Shown piece by piece: positions 37,009 through 50,432 of a DNA stretch of 64,000 nucleotides (positions are counted from its first letter, which is position 1; each line of letters begins with the position of its first letter). A program made the position numbers and the translations under genes. The notes below the pieces were generated by a model that was not told the DNA's origin, made no database searches, and saw only the letters and a list, made by a program, of their open reading frames with translations. The stretch covers positions 4,280,001 to 4,344,000 of the forward strand of contig NC_087438.1 of NCBI RefSeq assembly GCF_036321535.1, written 5' to 3'. This stretch comes from Camelus dromedarius. Lineage: Eukaryota.

Positions 37009-38399
37009 TGACCCCACGATGAAAAATGACTGTATTTTTGAATATTTAAATTATAGGTTCTCATTGTAAATAATTGAAACAATAAAGGAAGAATATAATG
37101 AAGAAATAGGAAAAGACACCTGAAATCCTGCCCCCTTGACAGAACCCTTTTTTGAGACCTCGGACACAGTCCCTTCCTGCCTTTCTTTTTGCACAGGTAC
37201 AACCGCCTGCAGGAAAAGCGCTTACCCAGCTTCTCACTGGGCACCAGCACCTGCTGTGCAGGGTCCAGCAGTCACCCTCCCACCCCCCACCCCACCCCCG
37301 CTCCTCTGGAGGCTGGCCTCTCCCTCAGCCAGGCCTTCTTGGAGCCACCCAGCCTTTACTCTGACCCTGGAAAGGCAGCCCAAGCTGGGCTTCAGACCCA
37401 TGACTTTTCCAGTAGTGATTTGCCATCCCTTAAATGAATGAATTAGCAGCCAGGACAACACAAGTTGACTTTAAGCCTAGTGTCACAGCTGAGGCTTCTA
37501 GTGCTCACTGCTGCCGCCTCTCAACAGAGATCCTGGTCCCTTCCATGCTCCATAGAATGCAGCATCTTCAAAAATATGTACCTAATTGAAAATCCTAAAT
37601 TTGCACGCAAGACCCAATAAAGATTGTCCCCTTGCCCCTCAATTGGAATCCTTGAAGTCAGCACTGGCCTCCCTTCTTTCTCCTGATATGTAATTACACC
37701 CACTTACTCTAACTGTTCCTTCTAATCTCCTACTCAGCTCTTCCCTCCCTAATTCCAGCCACCTTCCTAGGTCAGACCCTCAGCCCCTCACTCCGACTCT
37801 AATAAAACAGTGTCCTATGGAGTTTCCCTATCTGTGAAGAGTAACCTCCCCTGCTTCACAGAGCTTTTAGTAAACTGCTGTTCATTGATCTTACTAAAAT
37901 TCCCAGTTTGATCATTATTGTGCTTAAGAAATTTTCTGCCCATTCTTCTAGGACTAAGATGTTTGTTCCTGCAACAGCCAGCCTGGATCCCTCAAGCCTT
38001 GGTGATTTCTTTTCCTACTGAATATCATAGTGTACATTGTCTGCAGTTTTCAGTTCCTAGAGTCTTAGGCAAAATGAGGGAGCCCCTTTTCTTGATGATC
38101 TCCAAAGCCTCTCCCAGGTGCCAGGAGAAATGGGAACCCAGAGAAGGTATGTGATTTGTCCAACTTACTGAATCAGGCACTCTAGTCCATGTGGTGGACT
38201 GAACTAATGTAAAAAGCCTCTGATCTGCTCTGAATACACAGAAATGCTGGATACAATGCCTCCCTCCCTGTTTAACGACAATTAACTTCAGGGGAATTTT
38301 AAACCAAGGTGGCAATAAGATACTTGACAAAAGAAAGAAAAGGAGGTCAGGATATGAAGTTAGCCCTTTTCAATTTCATAAGAAAAAAAAAAGGTAGAT

Positions 38400-41220
38400 A
38401 TTGATGGAACTTAGGCTCTATTTAGTATTGATGTTTAAATTTTAAGGTTATTTCTTTAGTAGAATATAATTTCCAAACTAGTAAAGGGAAAAGGGAGTAA
38501 GGACAACACTATCAATTCAACAGCAGGCGAGAAAAAGAGGGACTCAGTGAAGCAAAGAGCAAGCATGAAAAATAAAAAGCACAAAATAAGATAAAAGAAT
38601 TTAAGAAAAATAAGTTGGTGATTACAGCAAATGTAAACAGACTTCATTATGTGTTTAAAAAGGAGATTCTCCCAGGTTGGAAGTGTTTTGTTCTGTTGTG
38701 TTTTGTTGTCGTGGCTGTTGGTTTAATCCAGCTACGTGGCTTTTCCAAAGTGCACCTAACAGACACATACAGAAAGCCTGAAATGTAGGAATAGAATGGA
38801 AAAGATATGCCAGGCAATCAAAAAAAGAAGTTGTTAAAGTGTACGAAATTAAAAATTAATAAAAATGTAAAAAGATTTTTTTAAGGGTAAAGGAAAGAAT
38901 CCACCAAGATGCTATACCAATATTAACCTGTAAGCAACTAATAACATAGTCTTTGGATATCCAGCACAAAAACTGACAAATCATGAGGAAAAATTCAAAC
39001 TTCACAATGATAGCAGGGGATTTGGACCACCTCTATCAGAAAAGGGTAAATCAAGTAGACCAATAAGTATAAAGAATATGGAAAATTTGAATAATATGAT
39101 TAATGTATGTGATTTGTGAGAAACAGTAAACCTAAAGAACAGATTGTTTCCAAGCACATATGGAATATTTATAAAAATGTGACCATTCACTAGACCACAA
39201 AAGAAGTTTCAGAAAATTTCAAATTGTGTCATGTAGACTAGATTTTCTGACCCCAGTGGTATAATTATAGTAGAAATCAATGAAGTTATTTGCTTTTTAC
39301 ACATACACACACCTGAAAACCAAAACACATTTTTTTTCAAATAATTCATGGGTGTTCATACATCTGAATTTGTATGGGCAAGACCCAGTTGATGTCTGTC
39401 ATCCCAGTGTAATTATTAATACCACTTTCTGTCACTCACTATCAAAGGTGTCTCAGTTTGGTTGCTGTATTACATGGCCATCTTAGTTAAAGGGAAATTT
39501 GTCAATATTTGAAACTGAATGATAAGCACTTCTTATCAAACTTCTGCTTTGTTCTAAAGTGAACATTTGAGGAACAATAGCCTGCAAATAATAGGCTATA
39601 GTTTCAACTCAAAGAGTGCATGAAAAGGAGCAAGAGAGAAATCATAAGCACAAAAAATATAAAGAAAAGAGTGAAAAAGGTAAAAACAGATTCTGATGAA
39701 AATGGAAACCCTTTTAAGTAGTTTTCCTTCTGCTTTCATTAGAAGTGAGAGAGATGAAGAGTAAAGAAAAGCTGATTGTTGAAAAGCTGAGTCAAATAGA
39801 CATGCTTCTGGCAAGTCCATCAGAGAGTCAGAGAGAGAGAATAAACAGTATTATAAATGAATGAGAGAACAAAATTCAGTTACAGTGAAATGTGTACTCA
39901 TATTTTGAAAGCTTGAAGGATGTGGACAGTTCACTAGGAAATTCCCAAAAACTAACTTGAAAAATAACAGGAAATTAGAATAGATCCTAACCTTTCAATA
40001 AACTGATCAGCTGACAAAATTTCTTTCAAAGAAACAGAATACATCAAGCTCTTGCTGTTTTTAACACTAGTTTGCTCTTCTTCTAATGAAACATTAAAGA
40101 AAAAAAGAATTTCAATCTTACTCAGATGCTTTCAGAGACTAGAAAAAGAAGAAAAACATCCCAGCTCATTTTTTAAGGGTTATATAACTTTGATATGAAA
40201 TGCAGATAAGGACAGTGTGAAAAAAAAAAAAGGAAGAAAATATAGGCCAATTTGCCTTCTGAAAGTAGACACAAAAATCCCGAGGAAACTATTAGCAAAT
40301 AGATTCAATAGTCCTGTATCTATCAGCTACCAATTGCTGCATAAACAAACCTCCTCTAAACTTAGCAGCTTCAAAAAACTACCATCCTTTATTCTGCTCA
40401 CAAATCTGCAGTGTAGGCTGTGCTTGGCATTCATGGCTTGCCCCTGCTCCGTGTCATATCAGGTTGGTGGCTTGGCTGGGGCAGGCTGACCTGCTTTCAA
40501 GATGGCTTACACTTGTGGCCACCATGTTGGCAGTGAATGTTGGCTGAGGGCTCAGGTAGACTGTAGACTAGAAATCAGAGTCCCTCTCCACACGAGTCTG
40601 CAGGTTTGGGGGGCTCGCTTGCCTCATGGTGGCTGGGTTCCGGGAGCACATAGCTCTAGAGAAGCAGATAGAAACTGCACAGTCCTTTATGACCTAGCCT
40701 CCAAAGTCCCATGGTATCATTTCCACCATGGATTCCCAGGGAGGGACCATAACCTCGATCCATCAATGAAAGAAGTAGGAGCCACGCTGTTGGAGGAACA
40801 GGTGAAACTGAAATCTGTCAAAGCCATTTTGGGAAAATACAACCTGTCACACATCACACTGAAAAAAAATAACAATCTGGCGGGCTTTTCCTAAGACTGC
40901 AAGAATGGTGACTATCATAAAGTCTATTCTATAACTAAGTCCATTAAGGATTGAAGCAGAGAAATATCTCAGATTTTTAAAATAGACACTTGATAAAGTT
41001 CAACTGGATTCATGGGTTGATGTTTGTACAAAGCTGTCTCTGAGAAAACTGGTAGAAAGTACCCCCCAACCCTAATAAAGGATAGCTACTGTAAGCTTAT
41101 AGAGGGCATCAGACTTAGTGATAAAACTTTGGAAACATTCTCGTTAAAGTCATGAACGTGGCCAGAACCTTCCCATCCCCCCAACTCTTCAGTACGGCAC
41201 TGGAGCTAGCGTAGAGAGGG
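38400..41220 (+). mobile_element. Ancient degraded L1 (ORF2 region), interrupted by an LTR
   Basis: A-rich plus strand with L1 ORF2 remnants (ttccaagcacatatggaatattt, tagaccacaaaagaagtttc, aaatataggccaatt..tagacacaaaaatcc..attagcaaatagattcaa). Confidence 0.7.
40314..40850 (-). mobile_element. MaLR LTR (MLT1F/G-like) inserted in the ancient L1
   Basis: attgctgcataaacaaac..aaacttagcagctt, ttcaagatggcttacac, ctttatgacctagcctc, and end gccattttgggaaaatacaacctgtcaca. Confidence 0.7.
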
Positions 41221-41818
41221 TCATGGAAGGAGCACTGGGCTGTTACCCCTGTTCTCACTATTACCTGCCTTTTTTGACTTTGAACTTCTAAGTACCCCCT
41301 GACTTGTCATTAAAATCCCTGGGTATCTTATGCCTTAGTTTCCTAGTCATATTTTAGGAATTTTGAGGACAGTAACCCAAACGTGCACATCCCCCAGAGT
41401 CCCAGATATAAGCAGACCAGCCCGATAAACAGTTTACACTAATTGGAAGGATGGGGGAAAGGAAACAGGGAAGCCGTAGGAAGAAACCAAATGCCTATTT
41501 TTCCACCGTGGGGGTAGCTCCCCAGGAAGCCCCCCTTTTCTGTCAGGTAGATCTTGGCCACAGATTGTTTTCCAAACAAGAGAAATGGGTGCTTCTGCAG
41601 TTTTGACTCATGGCCCCATCAGCGCTGCCCCTCTCCTGGTTTTTGCAGCACTCAGTGAGCTGTTTCTGCTGCCTCGGGTACCTGTGTAAGTAGCCCATGA
41701 TAGGGCCAGTTTCTAAGAGCAGCTGTGGTTGTAGAAAAGGCTCCATGGAGATGTTCTGCATTGCTGCTTGTACCCTGCCTAGTAAGGGTCACCCTGGGTC
41801 TGTGATCACATTACCCGT

Positions 41819-42275
41819 TGTATCAGTTCTCAAGGAGGCTGCAACAAAATATTGCAAACTGAGGGGCTTCAACAGTAGAAATGTATTGTCTCACAGTCCT
41901 GGGGCCCAAGAACCTGAGAACAAGGTGTCAGCAGGGTTGGCTCTTTCCAAGGCTGGTAAGAAGAATCTGGTCCATGCCTCTCCCTGGATTCTGGAGGCTT
42001 GCTGGCCATCCTTTGTGTTCTTTGGCTTGTAGATGCATCACCCTGCTCTCGGCCTTCATATGCACGTGGTGCTCCCGCTGTCTGCATGTCTCTGTCCAAA
42101 TTTCCCCTTTTTTTTATAAGGACATCAGTCATATCAGATTAGGGCCCACCCTAATGATCTCATTTTAACTTGATTACATCTGCAAAGACTCTTTTCCAAA
42201 TAGTCACATTCTTAGGTACCGGGAGTTAGGATTCCAAAACATCTTAGTGGAGGGCCCACGATTCAACCCATAACA
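41819..42275 (-). mobile_element. MaLR solo LTR, MLT1C-like, near full length
   Basis: Starts tgtatcagtt and ends attcaacccataaca; internal ataaggacatcagtcatat..attagggcccaccctaatga..tgattacatctgcaaagac. Confidence 0.88.
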
Positions 42276-44359
42276 CCTGCCTTTTCTGTTCAGGAACACC
42301 AGCCCTCCCTTGCCCTCTGTATTGTGACTGCGAGGTATTTAGTTCAGACCAGGTCATAGTGAGTACAACGAGGGTAGCATTCCCTACATTTTGGTGATTC
42401 ATGATTAATCATCAGGTCCAATTTTTCTTCCCATAAGTGTTTTCTTCTTTCTTTCTCCTCCCATTTGCGTTGGATAAACTGAGAACAGAAATGGGCAATT
42501 TTCAAGTCTGACTTTTGAAACCATCCTGAGTACAGCCATTGAGACCCACTGAGTGCTCCGGAGTTTGAAAGCATCTCTAAATCACTCATCTCCCAGTTGC
42601 CCTAAGTCATTGTTCCATTGACTGTTGTTCTCTGATGAAATCAAAAGCTTTTCAAACCCATTGAGACCTACATGGAAATTCTCCCTTTTCCTCCTGAAAC
42701 AGCTAAATCGTGGCTGCCTTCCCTTTACTCAGCAAGCTAAATAGTGTTGATTTGTTTGTAAGAAATGTTCTAAGATTTAAACACCTCAGGCTCCAAATGT
42801 AAATGGAATCAGGCTGGAAAATCTCAGCAAGTCAGAAGTCCCACCTGGTAGGATGCTGCACACAGAAAACCTGCAGCGCTCTGCTGACGGTAGACGGAGT
42901 CGCTTTGGTTCCTCCCTGAGGTCAATGTGATCTGCCCCTGGGAAATTTCCAGGCTTCTAATACTTTGTGACCTTGGAACCTGGAGGCTATTTTTCTTTCT
43001 TTTTTTTTTATTTCTTTCACATCATTGCTGCTCAGTCAGCACTCGTGGCCCTTAGTGGCACCACTTGGAGCATTTTTTGCCATTAATTCTGAGAACCAGA
43101 CTCAGCTTAAGTTAAAGAAATGCAGCTGTCCTACCAAGAGGGCCAAACAGCTGGCTTCTGCTTTTCACTTTGTGGATTTTCCGCACATTAGCAGTTCTAG
43201 CAGAGGGAAGATTTGCAACTCTGTTTTTTAATGATGATGATGGTCATGATCATACTGATGCCAATATCTAGCATGTTACTGAGCATTTTACATAGATTAT
43301 CTCATTTATTCTTCATACCCCTGAGAGGAAGCTACTGTAATTTGCACCATACATGGTCAAATGTAAGCCAAACAAACTTCCCTACGTACAGAATTGGGAG
43401 GCAGAACAATTCCAGCTAGTAGGAGATGCTGATGTCATTTTTCCCCAAGTGCCACATTGACACACTAATGTTCAAATGAATCAGGTTCACCATTCATTCT
43501 ATTAGGTTTACATGTTGATGAGAGCACAGCTCATGACTTTTGCCATAAAAAATATACATTGCAGCTTGTTTTCACACTACTAAGTATTGAGAAACAGTAA
43601 GATTTCCCTCCTGTTTTCTTTTACATGAAATGTCTGTAGTTGTACCTGAAATTCCGTGTGCTGAACCTTACACATTACACCCGTACAGCCTGCAGATTGT
43701 CCTGTGGACCAATCAGGAAGTGGAAGCTTGCAGTTGACATTCACTATGAAGTCTTTACGAAAAATTTGTCACAAATTCAGGAGAGGACAGTGTAGTATTA
43801 TAGAAATATTAAAAAAAAAAAGTGGGACATCTATGTCTTTAGCCAATTATACACACCCATACACACACAAATACAGAAATATAAACTTTTTTGACTTCAT
43901 ACCAATTTTCACCCTATTATCTGCTTCAGGACATTTCTGAAGTCCTGATAACTCATAGCCCCATGGTGCTCAGCAGAAATCTAAGTTTATCTCAAACACT
44001 TCAAAGAGAAACTCATTGTGCTCCAGTATGCGCTTCTAATTCCGATGATCCAAAAAACAAAATCTTACTTTGCAGAAAATCACGGTGCACGTGGACCAGG
44101 AACACCTGCCTCCGGTTCTGATCAAGAAAGGCCATAAACTGGGACGGGGCGCTGTCCTGCAAAGAGCGCCTGCAATAAGCAAATACGAAGCAACTTTTGT
44201 CAGAAGATTAAATGAAAATACATTAAAACTCTTCAGTATGGAAGGTGGAAGCTAAGAGGGGCCATGAAGGTCTATACTTCCTTGTACAGACGTAGTTATT
44301 AATGCCCAGTTCTGGTAACCAGTGCCAGCCTCCTTAACCTTCTGGAAAATGGCTTTAGT

Positions 44360-44830
44360 TTTGCTAGTCTAGGTCCTATGTGAAGCAGACCCCAAGAAGT
44401 GATTGAACATACAAGACATTTTTTAAAAGAAATATTGGTGAAAGAAAATGGGGAAGGAACCAGGAAAGGCTAGGAGAACCACCAGACCAAGACAAAGGTG
44501 TGACGCCAAGAAGAGGAGAGAAGGAAGGAAGCAGGGAGGGAAGGAGAAGGTGGGAGAGAAGGAATGAACCAGGGAACAAAGGAATGAAGGAAGGAACAGT
44601 GGAGAAGCATCTGAGAGTGCAGTGCAGCTCTAAGTGGAGCTTGGTAAGGCCACTCTGGAGTCCTCAAACCTGGATCCCTCGTCAGTGGAGTCCTGGGTCT
44701 CGCTGGGTGGATGTGCCTTTGTATTCCTGCCTCACTCAGTCATTGGCTAGAAGCAGTCCATGGGAGCATAAACTGCAATAAATTTCAGAGTAAAGCACTG
44801 GGGCCCCTGGCCAATCATCAAACATTTAGA
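44360..44830 (-). mobile_element. ERVL LTR, LTR16-like, with internal (GGAA)-rich expansion
   Basis: gaagcagaccccaag, gtgaaagaaaatggggaagga, tgcagtgcagctcta, cactcagtcattggct. Confidence 0.6.
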
Positions 44831-44914
44831 ATGTCACGTCCACTCTGTCAGTTAGCTGCTGTTATTAAATCTGCGGGCTCTTTGTTTCGGTGTCTGAGCT
44901 TTGCACTAACTAAC

Positions 44915-45110
44915 ACATGCGGTTTTGAATCAGGCTCCACCATTTACCACTTGTGTGATAGTGAGCTTAGCCTCTTTGTGCCTCAGTTGTCTCTGTTTCT
45001 TATAGAATGAGGAAAATAACAGGCTCTTCCCCAGGGTTCTTAGGAGTATAAACGAGATGATACAAGCACAGTGCTTGACACACTGCCTGGCCCAAGGTAA
45101 GCACTCCTGT
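44915..45110 (+). mobile_element. MIR
   Basis: gaatcaggctccaccatttacc..gtgtga..cctctttgtgcctcagtt..aaacgagatgatac..cactgcctggcccaaggtaagcactc. Confidence 0.75.
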
Positions 45111-45839
45111 CTGCAACGATTAGTGTGGAACATAGCAGGTTATAGTACAGGTAGCCGTTTAGTTATCACGCTGTGAGCTCTCAAGGATAGAGGCTGTCAT
45201 TTATTTTTTGTTCTTTGGTGATTAGCACAGTAAAGATGCTCAAAAGTTTATTGAATGAATGGATGAATGGACAGATAACTCCTCCAGTGTTAGTTTACCT
45301 GAAAACCCAATACTTCAGCTGTTGTAGTGCTGCTTCGGAGACTTCCTTTGGACATCAAATCCCAATGGCACTCAAATAACATGCCCAAACAAGGGTGCTC
45401 TGTCCCCTCCACCCAGATCCTCCCCAGGGACAACAGCCCTTCCGATGCTAGTAAAAGAGTTACTCTGTGTCCTCAGTGGAGCACAAAGACTGGCCAGGAT
45501 GACTCACTCGTGGGTGCTGTTGGCAGAGGGCACCTTCAGGATCCCTCCTCAGCTCCTGTTTGTTAAGTGTGTGCCCCGGAGGGATCCCAGGGGTAGGTGG
45601 TGGCATGCGGCTGGAATCTAAAGGCCTTGGCAGACCAAGCAGGGTACCTGGATTCCCACAGGTAACTTTCCCTGAGCATGAGCCTGGCAGGAAAGCTTTG
45701 TTCATACTCTTGCTGGAAGGGAGGAGGATGTGGAATCTTGCCTGTGGTCAGGGTTGGAGGAAGGGAGATCTGGGCAGTGGTGATGGCCAGAGGCCCACCT
45801 GCACATCCATCAGGCAGTGAGCCCTGGGGCCAAGTGGTC

Positions 45840-46346
45840 AATTAGTCAGGGTTCTGCAGAGAAATGGAACCAATAGGATGTATGTAGAGAGATACGCAGG
45901 AAGAGGTTTGTTATAAGGACCCGGGTCACATGCTGATGGCGGCTGAGCTGTCCCATGATCTGCTGTCTGCAAGGCAAAGGCCCTGCTGGAGCTGTAGTTC
46001 AGTCCCAGCCTGAAGGCCTGAAAACCAAAGGAGCCAAAAGCCTCAGTCCTGGTCTGAGTACAAAGGCCCGAGAATCAGGAGTGCTGATGTTCCAGGGAAG
46101 AACATGCACGTCTCAGCTCAAGCAGAGAGCAAATTCACCTTTCCTTCCCTTTTTATTCTAGTCAGTTCCCCAGCAGGTTGGATGGCACCCACCCCACAAG
46201 TGAGGGTGCTCTTCTTTGGTTGCTCTTCCAATTCAAATGCTAATCTCTTCTGGAAACATCCTCACAGACACACCCCAAAATAATATTTTTCCAGCTATCT
46301 GGGCATTTCTTAGCCCAGTCAAACTGACACATAAAATTAACCATCG
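45840..46346 (-). mobile_element. ERVL solo LTR, MLT2-like
   Basis: attagtcagggttctgcagagaaa..ttcaaatgctaatctcttctggaaacatcctcacagacacacc..gcccagtcaaactgacacataaaattaaccatc. Confidence 0.85.
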
Positions 46347-46818
46347 TAGGGAGAGAGCCACAGATGTGGTGTCTTTTATTTACTTTTACCATATTCTCAT
46401 TTTTTTACCCTAGAATAAGAGAGAAAAGTGTTAGGGGAAAATGTTTGCAAAAGTCCATGTCCCTTGGTAATTGATATTCCAGTGGGAAGATGTATAAGTG
46501 GCGCCATCCACTTGGCAGAAGGGCTAAGTGGCATCTTGATTTGTCAGTGCACATGGAATGTTCCCCAGGAACCCCAGAAATATGCTGGGGTCTGGGAGGA
46601 GACCAGAGAAGAAAGCCTGAGACCTGGCATCAGTAAGCTATCCAGATAGTGGAACAGGATATGGACGTTCAGATCACCCCACCTGTCTTCTCCAAGCGAG
46701 GCGTGGGACAGGCATGGTGCCTGTGTTGGCATTCACAGGCTTAGCAAACAGTTGGCACATACTAAATATTTGTTGCTCGAGTTTATGCTGCTGATCATCT
46801 CTCTTGAGTATCGGAATC

Positions 46819-47268
46819 TGTGGACAAGAATGTCACCTGCCATATCAGTAAACAAAGGATGTTGCGACCATTAAGTCATCAGTCACTGCACCCACCTCCT
46901 GATGGTGAACCCTGAGAGGATTCCGGATGGAGAAAATAGGATACTGGCCCTAGATAGTTAAGGTGCACATCAAAGGAACGTTTGCAACAAGCCAGACTCT
47001 TGCATCTTCCCAAACATAGAAAAGTGCTAAATTCATTAACTCAAGATGTCCAATTTTTTCTTTAGTTAATAGTAATCTTTTGATGTTCCAACTACCTGGG
47101 GTTTTTTGGCAAAAAAAACTCCTCTGTATCCTTGCTTCTCTCTTACCTCTTCATAACAGTCCCTCAGAGTTATCCTGAGAGGCTGTCTCCTGGGCTTAAG
47201 TCCTCAGTTTGTTCACCAAATAAAACATAATTCTCAACTTTTAGGTTGTGCATTTTTTTCAGTTGACA
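46819..47268 (+). mobile_element. ERV1-class solo LTR (450 bp) with 4-bp TSD
   Basis: TG...CA termini (tgtggac...gttgaca), TSD aatc at 46815-46818 and 47269-47272, AATAAA at 47219-47224. Confidence 0.85.
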
Positions 47269-47649
47269 AATCTAAATGTCTAGAGAGTCAAAAGGAATAA
47301 TTGCAACTAAAATCTATCTGAACTTTCAAAGTCTTCAAGTTCATTACTTTCACCTCTGCTTCCGCAGAGGGATAACTCTTTAAAGAAAAAGGAGCCCTGT
47401 CTTTGGTGCTGGTGGGGACGCCCAGCTCCACTCTGCAAGGTTGAAGGGAAGAAATCCTTCCCACACAGGGAAAAGGGGTACACATGTCAGGAAGAGAGAA
47501 AAGCTGGCCAGGAAGGGGAGAGGAAGAGCTATTTTCAAGGCAATTTGAAGCTCCTTGGAAGAGGAAGAATTGAATGAAGGGCAGCAGTGGGAGGCCAGGA
47601 ATCCACCTTGCCCTGCTTTACCCTCTCCACACTGAGTAAAAAGGTTCTA

Positions 47650-48330
47650 TACAAGGGCTGCTACCCACCTAGGTGTTGTTTGGAAACATAACAGGGTGTT
47701 TGTGGTTGTCCCCACACCTGGGGACTGTTGCTCCTACTGCTGCAGACATAGCTGGCTTAAAACAACACAAACTCATTCTCCTGAGCTCCAGAGATTGGAA
47801 CACTGGGATGAATCTCACAGGCTAGAATCAAGGTGTCAGCAGGGCTGCATTCCTTCTGCGGCTCTGGGGAAGAATTGGATCCCCTGCCTTTTTTAGCTGC
47901 TAGAGGCACCCATGTGCTTCAGCCTCTGCTTGTTCCTCATCCTCAAAGCCAGCAGTACATTGCCCTGCCCTCTGCTTCTGTTTTCACATCACCTTCCCTG
48001 CCTCTAGCCCTCCTGCCTCCCTCCTTCCTTTGCATTTTGATCCTATGATTACACTAGGGCCACCTGGATAATCTGAGATGCTCTTCCTATTGTGAGGTCC
48101 ACTGGGTAGCAACCTTAATCCCACCTGCTGCCTAATTGCCCCCTGCCATGTAACCTAACATACTCACAAATTCCAGTGAGTAGGACATGTTTGGGGGCCA
48201 TTATTCTGCTACCATGAGAACATTATGGGCACATAGTAGGTGGGGGTCTCAGGATGCTAATCACCATGAGACTGTCCCACACAATGAAGAGTTTTCCCCC
48301 AAATGTCAACAGTGCCCGCTGAGAACCCCA
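47650..48330. mobile_element. MER20-like hAT MITE split by an MLT1D-like LTR (~47726-48216)
   Basis: MITE halves (tttggaaa..tggttgtc.cca / caggatgctaa..ctgtcccacacaatgaagag..aaatgtcaacagtgcc..gctgagaa) flank an MLT1 (tcaaggtgtcagcagggctgcattccttct..ttgggggccattattctgctacca). Confidence 0.65.
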
Positions 48331-48389
48331 GCCAGAGCCTCAGTGATCCAAGATACTTTCTGTGTGGTGACACAGAGGAAGGGGCAGCT

Positions 48390-48829
48390 GAGCTTGGCAT
48401 CACAGGTCCCCAAAAGACATGCCCATAGTCCTAGTCCCTGGAACCTGTGAATATGACCTAATTTGGGAGAAAAAAAAAAAAAGAGTCTTTGCAGATACAA
48501 TTAAATTAAGGATTTGGAGATGAGGAGATCATTCTGGGTGGACCCTAAATTCAACAACAAGTGTCCTTATAAAAGCCAGAAGGGGAGAGAGACACACAGG
48601 GGAGAAGGCCATGTGAAGACGGAGGCAAAGGTCAGAGGGATGCTGCCACAAGCCAAGGAGTACCTGGAGCCTCCAGAAGCTGGAAGGGTCAAGGGAGGAT
48701 CCTTTTCTAGAGCTTTCTGACATTTTGATTTTAGACTTACAGCCTCCAGAACTGAGAAAATAAATTCATGCTGTATTAAGCCACCAAATGCATGGTAATT
48801 TGTTACCAAGGCAGTAAGAAACTAACACA
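48390..48829 (+). mobile_element. MaLR solo LTR, MLT1C-like
   Basis: ccctggaacctgtgaatatgacc..gtctttgcagat..ggccatgtgaagacggaggca..ccagaagctggaag..ggtaatttgttacc..agaaactaacaca. Confidence 0.88.
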
Positions 48830-50365
48830 CTCATATCGGAATCATAGAGGATGTTCCAGAGCCTGTCCTGAGCTCACTCCCTGCCAACCTTGAGACATGA
48901 GCACTCCTGTGCTTGTTACCAAACTTGGAACTCTAGGAAGTAGGGTCTCCAGAAAGTGATTTAAAATTCCACAAGACACAGGAATTCTAAACTGACTCAG
49001 CTTACCCAACTTGGAATGTCTCTCTAGAATTTTTGAGTGTCTGGGCATCTCAAATTGCACCAACAACCATCAGATTTATGAACTTTGATGAGGTGGAGTT
49101 TTGCACTGACTTACCCATTAGCGAGAATAGCAAGGCTGTGACCCAGTGCAGAATTTTCTCTGCTTTAAATGCTTACTAAAAATTTTTTTTGTATTGTACA
49201 ACTTTTACTCCTATCACTTAAACCCACTATCATCACCTGGAGTAATTCTTTGCCACACAGCAGGAGGTGACTTGTCCAAGCCCCACAGCTGTCCTCTACT
49301 GTCCGCTTCCCATGCCTGGGACTTGAAATGTGCCCAGGACACTAAATCTAGGTCACAGTGTCCCCTCCCTACATATAGCATCACATCCCCCAACAGCTTT
49401 TAAATATGCAGAGGTAGTTACTCCAGTAGTTAAAAGAGTGGGGTGATGGTTCATTTTGATACCATATCTTCTCCAAATCTTAGATAGAGGCTTAATTACT
49501 TGTTAGCCATGTATAATTGCTAAGAAACTGCCATACAAATAGCGTTACGGGTTTATTTGTGTGTCTGCTGTGCTGAGTTATGTGTAGCTATCTACAGCCA
49601 AAACATCATCTCCCTAAGAGCTATGTTTCCTTCACCTTCAGTCTTTCATGTTAATCTCCAGTCTGTTGATCTGAGTATATTTCACAAGTATCATCATAGC
49701 AGAAATTATCCAGCTCTGGTTTTGATTAAAAGCATAAATAACTTTTTTGGGCATAATGACAATCGTAAACTAAAAAACACCTAGCCACTAAATTATCAAA
49801 GGACTTTTGTACCTAACATATATACCACTATGACAAACAATCTATCCTAAGGTATCTGTTTTAATCCCAGCTTCTGTAATAATTGCTGGGTTTTAAATTC
49901 CATATTTTCCAAATAGCATATGAATTCTTCCTTGAGAGGGTGAATTAACACTTCTCAAAGCTTAGACTATTTATAGATCTTAAATTGCGGACAGGAATTT
50001 TGTTACGCCAACAGGTACTAAGGAACCACTCTATGGCAGGCATCGTCACATATGTTACTGTAATTAATTTCAGAAATTGGTTTTTCCCTTTGTTAATATT
50101 TGGTTCAGCTCCTGGGTCTCACTTTCCGAGTCTCTTTTCTCTGCAGTGGGCTCTTTCTTTACGGGATCCTTCTGGGTAGACAAAGTGATTTCTCCACAGA
50201 TTTTCCAGAACCTCTCCGGGAATCCTGAGGCTGTAAGACTCACAGATGATTAATTACACTGCAGATGCTCCAGCGAGAACCCGGTCAGCTTGCTCAGCCA
50301 TAAGTCAGACCCAGCTCTGAAAAGTCCCCTTAGGTCGTGTCCTGGGGGACCCAAGGGCTCCCTGC

Positions 50366-50432
50366 GTGTGGGAGTGTGTGTGAGTGTGTGGGAGTGTGAG
50401 TGAGTGTGCCTGTGTGTGTGCAACTGTGTATG
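50366..50432. repeat. Degenerate (GT)n/(GTGA)n microsatellite
   Basis: gtgtgggagtgtgtgtgagtgtgtgggagtgtgagtgagtgtgcctgtgtgtgtg. Confidence 0.8.
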
